A stretch of 64,000 bases of DNA. It comes from a candidate division FCPU426 bacterium (GTDB lineage Bacteria > Oederibacteriota > PGYV01 > Palsa-1178). Shown here piece by piece: positions 58,701 to 64,000 of the stretch (within the stretch, counting starts at the first letter, position 1; every line of letters starts with the position of its first letter). The stretch is from the NCBI GenBank assembly GCA_963840035.1, contig CAWIXE010000002.1, positions 1,184,001 through 1,248,000 on the forward strand, written 5' to 3'. Made by a program: the position numbers and the translations under genes. The notes below the pieces were generated by a model. The model saw only the letters and a program-made list of their open reading frames with translations. It had not been told where the DNA came from and did not search any database.

Positions 58701-60904
58701 TCATCAATACGCACGCCGCTGACAACATCAGCCGCGGGTATTGCCGCGCCAAGGTTATCCTGAATGGTAACCCTAATCCTGTCTATAGACACGACGCCTG
58801 ACGTATTATTTAAGAACGCCAGCGACATGGCCGCGACTCCCTGCTGCCCGGCATTGCACTTAAGGGGCATTGTATCAACATGCCTGACTTTAATGTCAGT
58901 GGCAGCGTTTACTATCTGCGCTGAAGATGTCTTCATGGGAAAAGAATCGGAAACATCGGCCGATACAGCCACGGCCGCTTTTGAATAATAGTCCACGGAA
59001 TTTATGGCTGTCGCCGCGCCAAGGCTTAGTTTCAGGTTAGTATCAGATGTCGTTCCCGTGACATCAAGATAGAATTTCAGGGTATTGGAACCTGCCGGGG
59101 GTATAATCAGCGGCGACGAGAAATCCACATAAAGTTTTGACGCTGTTGATGCCATTGAAGAATATGAAACAAGGGTGTTATTTAAGGAGTCCAAAACCGT
59201 CAGTTTTGCCAGCACACTGTTTGGTGTGTTTGTCCCCGCGTCATTTTCCACGGTGAGTGTAACCCCTTTAATCTCAATGGGCGCGTAACCAGCGCCATTG
59301 GCATGCGTCAGCGTCACATCCTGCGCATACACCCACTTCTGCAATTTTGCCACATAAGCCGGCATTTTGTTTGCGTGTTGGACGCTGACTCCCGTCGCGG
59401 CGTTTATGATGGACGCTGCGGTGGACGAAAGCGACGATGCCATCACAACATTCAGCGTATTTCCGGAGGATCCGCTTACCGCCCACACATCAGCGGACTT
59501 AGAAAGACTCATGTAAAAATTTGCGCTTGTAATTGATGATTTTATATCCGCTAAGGCTGTCACTTCCCTATATGTATTTGCCGTAATAGTTATGTACTGC
59601 GCAAACGGTATCCAGGCTAACCCGGAAACAGCGCTTAAAACTGGCGTGCCTGAAAAAACAGTCACACCATCAGAAATCCTCATACCTGAAAACATGGAGT
59701 CCGCGCTCGCGCCGTCATTAGATATGGCGGTTATAGTTACTCCCTTTATGATGCAGTCTGCATAGGTTGTGACTGTCTGCGGGTGGGTAAACCGGATTAC
59801 AAAAGGTTTTATATTTGACTGCCCTTTCGAAACAACTGCCGGCATCAAGGTGGTGTGCGAGGCGTTTACGGTATTATTTGCCTGAGTAATAATAACCCTG
59901 GTTGACGAGAACGGAAAAGCATACCCGTCCGAAGCCATTATTGTAATTCTTGTGGAATTTGTGGTATCAGAAGCCTGTGGCACCCGCAGACCCAGGTCGT
60001 ATGCGTTTATCGTATTGGTAATGTCTATATATATGTCCACTGATTTTGTCGTTCCTGCCGGTACTGCTAAACTGGTTGTAAATGGGACATTGACAGTAGT
60101 CGTCGCACCCACCGCAGTATAATTAGCGTATGTTGTCACGCCGTCGCTGAATTTTATCCCGGTCAGTACCGCGTTTAACAACACACCTCCGGCATAGTTT
60201 ACAGTTTGAAGCCTTTCCGCGTTAACCTGCGCCGTAAAAGTAGCTGTATTATAAAACGACACCTGCATGGCATCTATATTAGCCTGCCCCAAATCAGCTT
60301 TTGCAGGCATTCTATCAATGTATGATGCAAAAATAAATTTTGGGGTTATTATGGTCTGGGTGGATGTGTTGTATAAAGCGGAAGCCGGGAACTGCCCTCC
60401 CGAACTGAAATCCAATTTGTTATTGCTCATCGATGGCCCGAATTTGCACAAAGCGCCGTTCGTCGGGGTTGCGGAAACATCTACTGTAACATAAAGGCAG
60501 CTTCCGTTTATCACGGCCTGGCTAACAGAGGATTTTGTCCAGTTTTTAGCGCTGCTTCTGGTAAGAGTTCCAAGTGATAAAGCACTCCCTGCGTTAAAAA
60601 CACCGCCAGTAGCCTGATACCACAATTTTACAGCTGATATATCAACTGTCTGGTCCGCGCCATTGGCCCCGGCACTGTTTACTATTTCCACAGATTTTAG
60701 TGTGTCTCCGGATCCATTTGCCGCTATATTAACCTGAAGTACTAACCTATTTGTCTCAAGCGGGTTGAAATTTGCGGCCGGGACATCTGTAAGGGATATT
60801 CCCGTTGCTTTAGCAAACGCGGATGAAAATATAGTAAGCGCAAAAAAAATCACAAGTACGGTTTTGTATATAAAGGTCTTGCCGACAAAATACGACTTTT
60901 TCAT
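52718..60904 (-). CDS. Giant secreted protein with about 16 tandem ~160-aa Ig-like repeats and a C-terminal FlgD-Ig/sorting-like domain
   Basis: Signal MKKSYF...SSAFA; ATG 60904 overlaps the upstream TGA; repeats run from V.H..MP....GQ to DSFPM.S; ends HSYPNPFNP...WDGKN...SGVYL...RKIMVLR. Confidence 0.85.
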   Translation of the reverse strand: MKKSYFVGKTFIYKTVLVIFFALTIFSSAFAKATGISLTDVPAANFNPLETNRLVLQVNIAANGSGDTLKSVEIVNSAGANGADQTVDISAVKLWYQATGGVFNAGSALSLGTLTRSSAKNWTKSSVSQAVINGSCLYVTVDVSATPTNGALCKFGPSMSNNKLDFSSGGQFPASALYNTSTQTIITPKFIFASYIDRMPAKADLGQANIDAMQVSFYNTATFTAQVNAERLQTVNYAGGVLLNAVLTGIKFSDGVTTYANYTAVGATTTVNVPFTTSLAVPAGTTKSVDIYIDITNTINAYDLGLRVPQASDTTNSTRITIMASDGYAFPFSSTRVIITQANNTVNASHTTLMPAVVSKGQSNIKPFVIRFTHPQTVTTYADCIIKGVTITAISNDGASADSMFSGMRISDGVTVFSGTPVLSAVSGLAWIPFAQYITITANTYREVTALADIKSSITSANFYMSLSKSADVWAVSGSSGNTLNVVMASSLSSTAASIINAATGVSVQHANKMPAYVAKLQKWVYAQDVTLTHANGAGYAPIEIKGVTLTVENDAGTNTPNSVLAKLTVLDSLNNTLVSYSSMASTASKLYVDFSSPLIIPPAGSNTLKFYLDVTGTTSDTNLKLSLGAATAINSVDYYSKAAVAVSADVSDSFPMKTSSAQIVNAATDIKVRHVDTMPLKCNAGQQGVAAMSLAFLNNTSGVVSIDRIRVTIQDNLGAAIPAADVVSGVRIDEFVNTSNVYAGASVTTTSSVLDIALAQPIIIGYNSAVPVTASVKFNMSANPNKSYFRIQLAAAGNITAKDNNLGNSLTAGAFAGDSYPMTSSASHIEARALTINVLHTPIAGGPYEKGAVGVQLMNLAFEVPGNTMTSSVIIRGITLTAENSSGFIGANTAFSKMSVFETINPANELGSVSAIPAGQNIYINFTNPIMLTPSASPGNITVTVSADISSFASAAEFRINLSGAQNLSAVDSNQLLPVSVTANIADSFPDMRSFLYTIQSSNKMKVLHTSLMPAAATNGQQGVKAMQLKFSNTTDRPISVRGVTITVEDGSNTPIIPSSEITKIYAVDGAGNTNGIVSSIPSSGSIVYIPFTTVVDIATSSYNTADIYFDLKDNAVISYMKLNADIGAVDAMPNTILVEADSGDSFPMRSNAVKVQLKPASGGIAHSDVIPTTVSTGQTDIFAEILTIQNPNPADSASIMLTGLTITVEDDTNTAINPSTAIKKIMVRGATVVNTFYTAIPNSTGSFYVPFTIPASVSPGVSDDLKLYVDIVDTLQAGTFRVNLKINNDIRFEDANSGVTITTSAINGDTFPMTTSTVIIQQQVADCRMSHTGVIQAAYNRGQTGAKLMALNFTNPGGISGANMAITRIVITTEDLSNAGITPYSALTRMYVTDSLGTIYGDVPSVADYGDNVSIGLTTPITVQPGATKQVFIAGDINSSPATAGFKVNLKSAAAIIARDANSYEILPVIAQADAFPMRSDYALIQQKSSSIAAVSSSLMPATVNKGQANVAALYFEPRNNNPAGYSSVELTGVTVTVLSSGASPLIPSSVIARLAVSDGVTEYGSQTSMPVSGSAVYVPFTTNVSLAAGSAKGLTLYADIAPASTEIYVMLGIEKQQDIKVSEINSSTAITAITAAYPLRSAVSTILSTPGLKISHAALAPPQVTAGEQNFGLINFTSRNIGSFTEYIRYLTVTVKDGLGNNVAASEIFTNMYLVDDAGNTKATAAVSGPLHTVILDMSSSPFFALPQSSASLSLYADAKAATFSASYYISLAQAQDVSVTAAVSADGAEIFPMSSGNFLLQRRTVSVSAVLTDLMPPSVSTGQGDVFAMMLTLSNTGGAGFSPVLITGISLTVRDAASNTVAANMAVSRIKATDLFDDYLNTTAITSSEFIDFTFPQPVTLAAGEFKYVYIVADITPNTYNAVSGFKFVLSSAAALTAVDYNSGQLPVVVTGVFAMESSVAALQKQPTLLKVSHSDTMPAVLSTDQLNAPAMKIIFTDTGDTRTASIMVTRVNIYLEDNTNTAIAPADVAKAVRICSEDGSIVYGETASFTGNKITINLTAPIIVSTANNVTATVRVDAASSFASPSFKAALVSAPDVYAVDANSFNSVSISNKAPDVFPMASGLAVMQDKASSVDIGGFDPVVDAQPAVVKAQKRVALFAFKVSDNLAAGTAQEIWSGLTITVKNGAGTADIAANSCIENIYIVDSASATMASVAPGAAFKIPVKFSAPVALSPSGYKYVTVFADILPLATAFNFSVYLESSNEVWVKDTNSGYEVTKNITSGSLPWHTGQVSVNNAPATDLYTWHDGTLIPALVGKGQDDVKLMALNLMNPGAAGSADVMVEGISITAVDTSNVILTPSSMLEGLKFTDYFGITTYGYVTGSAFSAAGPIYVKFFNPMAVQASNTVTVYAVANIADSAATGDVRFKVASAGNIIAHNYPAGYVTITAKNGDSFEFLSNTTTITAVTYFMEVGHSARMPVSAVKGQKDTDALDITFTNSNNTNVDIAGITITAISRDGAAIPASSVLRLITFKEGTAVLKSITATAVPQMYVEFTSLTVANNTTKTITVSVEVSDSCARDFGIELVSAGDVITTPLTNVQAKAGDYFGNMKSGAASIQAAITEDSYHSYPNPFNPSLGSTNIEYYLPNASEVTVAVFTLEGRKVKAIIEKTVKTAGLHSEDSWDGKNGDKADVRSGVYLCVLEINDKTTGKTKKLIRKIMVLR

Positions 60905-61149
60905 AATGGCCATTCGATAGAAGACTTATCCGTCTGCGGTTTTCCCTTATACGGCAGCGTCAACTTATAAACCATCTCTATCTTATCATCTTCATCATTA
61001 TATACCATGGCCGCTATGTCGCCTTTTGTTGGGTATACCGGGAATGTTTTGCCCTTATTCGGCCCGGCCTGGATTGTGTAGTATTTACCGGTGTGTTCAC
61101 ACCCGTTTTTGATTAATTCGAGTAATTTTTCCTTTTCGGTTTTTGCCAT
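60901..61149 (-). CDS. Small hypothetical protein
   Basis: GAGG RBS upstream of ATG 61149; stop overlaps the start of the giant gene (ATGA coupling). Confidence 0.6.
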   Translation of the reverse strand: MAKTEKEKLLELIKNGCEHTGKYYTIQAGPNKGKTFPVYPTKGDIAAMVYNDEDDKIEMVYKLTLPYKGKPQTDKSSIEWPL

Positions 61150-61483
61150 ACGCACCTCAAAATCTCATTTTTTGCAATTATCGATTTTTTGGTTTTTTCA
61201 CTTTTCCCGCTTTTGTAAATTTTATTATGTTTTCCTCTTTTAGTCAATATAAATTAGCGATTTATTCCGGCACATTACAGCATTAAATTAGATTATAATT
61301 AATTATAATAATCTATATTACAGCTAATTATATTGTAGTTGGGCTTTATGTCATTAGATTTTATTAAAACACATCAAATTATAACATATGATATTATATC
61401 ATCGCTTTGTTTTGCTGATTGTTAATACAAAACCCCATATTTAATTGGGGTATTCTTTTACGCAACACGTCAAATCCCATGCC

Positions 61484-63337
61484 CTATTCCAGCTCAGGAT
61501 GGCTGGATATGTACCTTTTTGCCGCTTCCAGATTTTTTTGAGCCTGTTTTTGCATGCCCAAGATGGCATAACACCTGTAGAGTTTTAGATTTACATCCGC
61601 CGTGACCGGATTAACAGCGGAGTTTTCCTCATATACCCTTATGGCTGCCGGAATATTTCCTTCATCCAGGAAAATGTCCGCCACAAGCATTTTAACAAGA
61701 AGATTATATACCTCCGCGTCCCTGCCCGGCCTGTATGCCGCGCTCAAATACGCAAGGTTCTCTTCCCGTGAATGGCCCTTCATATAATCACGGGCCTGTT
61801 TCAGCAGCCCGTCAAATTGCCTGTACCTTGCCGCGGATTTCGAGCCGGATTTTAAAACCACCAGCAAATACGGGTAGCGCTTGCGCGGTCCTGAAATATC
61901 GCTGTAGAAAATTTTTATCTCCGCCGTGTCGGACGCGTCAACAGTCCTTAAAAACCGTTCTTTCCAGAAAGCATTTACGGTAAAGGCCGTGTATTCCTTA
62001 TTTTCGGCCCCGTTATAAAAACTCTTAAGCCTGATTAAAGTCCTGTCAGGCTGGTCAAGGTCAATATGCTGCAGGTACTCGTACTTATCCCCGTAAACCG
62101 AATTAACATATTTAATGAATGTTTTTTTTACATATGGCCGGGGCGTTATCTTTTCATAGTTAAGCAGGAACAACCCTGTCCAGATGCCGCAGAACATTAT
62201 AAAGAGGCCAAATCCGGCGGCAATAACGGGCTTCTTCATTCCAAATAGCCGCGCAAGGCCCGCGGCCGTTATTATATTTACAGGCAGCAGCGCCTGGACA
62301 AAACGCGACTGCTGGACTCCGTGGGTCAGGACAGGCAGCATGAAAAACAGGAACATTGCAAGGACGGCTTTATTCGCGTTGTCTTTTATGTTCACGGCAA
62401 TATACACGATCCCCGCGGAAAAAAACAGGGTTTCAATCGGGTTTAGGAGCGCGAGCATGGAGAACTGCATTTCCGGATACGCGTTGTTCGCAACAAACAG
62501 GTACCTGATATTCGCCGCATTCAACAGCAGGCTTACAATGGCGTTCGGCGCGCCCGGCTTTTTATCGCTTAAAACCTCGACCATGCGGATGAGCATGTCG
62601 GAGCTTAAGAATATGTAGCACAGGACCGCGATTCCCGAAAACAGGAAAGCCGTGGAAATGTAAAAATATTTCCTTTTCCCCATCCGGTTTTCCCGGTAAC
62701 CGTTGTGGAGTATAACAAGCACAACGGGGATAATAAGAAGGAATGAAAGGTACGTATTAAAGCCGAGCAGGTAAGTTACCGCGGCCGGGATGTAGTACCA
62801 CCCATTTTTCCTGACAGCCATGACAATAAAATAAAGGCAGAATACCGTAAACAGCGGCAGGAGCATATTTGCCTGGTAGCTCCTCGCCGTAAAATAACTC
62901 CAGGACGAGAGGCTTGCGGCAAAAGCAGCCAGTATGCCTGTCTTTTTGTCATAAAGCTCCCCTGCCAGCAGGTACGCGCCGTATATATATATGCCGTTTA
63001 AAACAACCGCGAAAACATGGTAATAACCGATATTTTCCCTTATTGCGGGGGTCAGGAATGATGTCATCTGCGCCAATAATGTGCCGTGCGCGCCAAAGAG
63101 CGCCTGCCAGGAGAAAAAACCCTGCAAGCCCAGGTGCCTTAAGATGCCGTTATAAAGGGAGTACATTTCGTCATTTGTATAATCCGAGGGGAAATCAAGT
63201 ATATTTATGAACCTGGCCGCGAAAAAAAACAGGGTTATTATTACAAGGGCGGCTCCGGCCTTATCAGAATAATTGTAACCCGGCGCATTTGCCGCGTCCC
63301 GTATTTTTTTTGTTAAAACATCCAGCAGGACTTTCAC
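61484..63337 (-). CDS. GT39/ArnT(PMT)-like GT-C glycosyltransferase with C-terminal TPR-like region
   Basis: First-loop TNDE motif, YLLAGELYDKKTGILAAF, SWSYFTARS; multi-TM; GTG start with GGGAGGT RBS. Confidence 0.75.
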   Translation of the reverse strand: MKVLLDVLTKKIRDAANAPGYNYSDKAGAALVIITLFFFAARFINILDFPSDYTNDEMYSLYNGILRHLGLQGFFSWQALFGAHGTLLAQMTSFLTPAIRENIGYYHVFAVVLNGIYIYGAYLLAGELYDKKTGILAAFAASLSSWSYFTARSYQANMLLPLFTVFCLYFIVMAVRKNGWYYIPAAVTYLLGFNTYLSFLLIIPVVLVILHNGYRENRMGKRKYFYISTAFLFSGIAVLCYIFLSSDMLIRMVEVLSDKKPGAPNAIVSLLLNAANIRYLFVANNAYPEMQFSMLALLNPIETLFFSAGIVYIAVNIKDNANKAVLAMFLFFMLPVLTHGVQQSRFVQALLPVNIITAAGLARLFGMKKPVIAAGFGLFIMFCGIWTGLFLLNYEKITPRPYVKKTFIKYVNSVYGDKYEYLQHIDLDQPDRTLIRLKSFYNGAENKEYTAFTVNAFWKERFLRTVDASDTAEIKIFYSDISGPRKRYPYLLVVLKSGSKSAARYRQFDGLLKQARDYMKGHSREENLAYLSAAYRPGRDAEVYNLLVKMLVADIFLDEGNIPAAIRVYEENSAVNPVTADVNLKLYRCYAILGMQKQAQKNLEAAKRYISSHPELE

Positions 63338-63493
63338 AAAACCTCCCTGAATTTTCGTCTATAAAACAGGATGTTATTTTACAATTATTCAGGTTTTTTT
63401 GCAACTGACGATTGCCTTGCGTTATTGTAAATAATAGTGTGTAAACTCACTTTGGCCTTTAAATATCTTTGTTTTCATTAGAAACGGCTTTCA

Positions 63494-63581
63494 CCCCTCT
63501 CCTCTTAGGAGAGGGGCAGGGGTGAGGTGAAACCAATTGTCTTATTCCCCTCACCCTACCCTCTCCCAAATGGGAGAGGGA
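63494..63581. repeat. Inverted pair of CCCTCTCC...GGAGAGGG palindromic repeats
   Basis: CCCCTCTCCTCTTAGGAGAGGGGCAGGGGTGAGG and CCCCTCACCCTACCCTCTCCCAAATGGGAGAGGGA. Confidence 0.7.
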
Positions 63582-63663
63582 TAAAAGAACAAATCAATTT
63601 ACACACAATTAATGACAGTATCTTGCCGTGCGGGTACAAGCTCTTTCAGGCGGTCCGCGCCCG

Positions 63664-64000
63664 TCAGTCGATGTATTTTATGAGCTCTGTTTCGTTTATA
63701 TTGTTTTTTCTTGTATATATTATCCTGTCGCACATGGAAAAGATGACCTTTAACCCCACATTGTCCTCATCAAATGCCCCATGCCTGTCTTTTGCAAGGC
63801 GGGCGTATTTCGTAATGTCAAAAGGATGCGATTTGTCTATTATCGTGACTGCAACGCGGGTTAAATACACGGCTGTTATGAGAAGCAGCCTGCCATGACC
63901 GTTCCTGTAACCATGCCTTATTACGTTATCGCAGAATTCGGAAACAGCCGCCTCCAGCGGAAATATCGCCCTTCCGGCGTTTTTAATTCCGGAACGAAAG
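63664..64000 (-). CDS. RsbW-like anti-sigma factor, 5'-truncated by the window edge
   Basis: Extending the 63664..63870 frame upstream gives FRSGIKNAGRAIFPLEAAVSEFCDNVIRHGYRNGHGRLLLITAVYLTRVAVTIIDKSHPF, a paralog of 48037..48477. Confidence 0.8.
   Translation of the reverse strand, partial: FRSGIKNAGRAIFPLEAAVSEFCDNVIRHGYRNGHGRLLLITAVYLTRVAVTIIDKSHPFDITKYARLAKDRHGAFDEDNVGLKVIFSMCDRIIYTRKNNINETELIKYID

Noticed and set aside
63527..63898. Plus-strand ORF starting MKPIVLFPSPYPLPNGRG
   Set aside because: Its N-terminus is the translated CCCTCTCC palindrome and the remainder is antisense to the RsbW paralog.
1..64000. tRNA, rRNA, transposase, integrase, phage or reverse-transcriptase genes
   Set aside because: None recognised by eye; a covariance-model scan would be needed to exclude small RNAs.

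Overview
Bacterial window with almost all genes on the minus strand. Gene content (PorV-family barrel, many C-terminal FlgD-Ig/'PNP(Y/F)' sorting-like domains, Thr-Pro stalks) resembles Candidatus Goldbacteria-like lineages; that taxonomy is inference only. (1) 1-21.8 kb: a surface-glycan locus with rfbF/G/H CDP-3,6-dideoxyhexose genes, a YerE-like ThDP enzyme, GtrA, GT2s, GT-C-like membrane proteins and an AT-richer asnB/CapK/DUF362/GT4/methyltransferase block. (2) 21.9-38.6 kb: an array of secreted Cys-rich surface proteins. (3) 38.7-45.9 kb: a degenerate PilB-like ATPase, lid-less Hsp70, J-TPR protein, degenerate cyclase and PQQ-propeller lipoprotein. (4) 46-52.6 kb: PilZ, MCP, an Rsb-type partner-switching module and PorV-TPR. 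(5) 52.7-64 kb: a 2.7k-aa Ig-repeat protein, a GT39-like transferase and a further RsbW paralog. Main candidate novel system: in two independent gene pairs, the upstream protein ends in a DUF11-type isopeptide-motif domain that has the Lys and Asp but stops before its last two strands. The downstream stalk protein carries an isolated Asn-containing, Cys-bracketed hairpin matching the missing piece. This looks like a natural Catcher/Tag split isopeptide pair; it is a sequence-based hypothesis that needs structure prediction and biochemistry.
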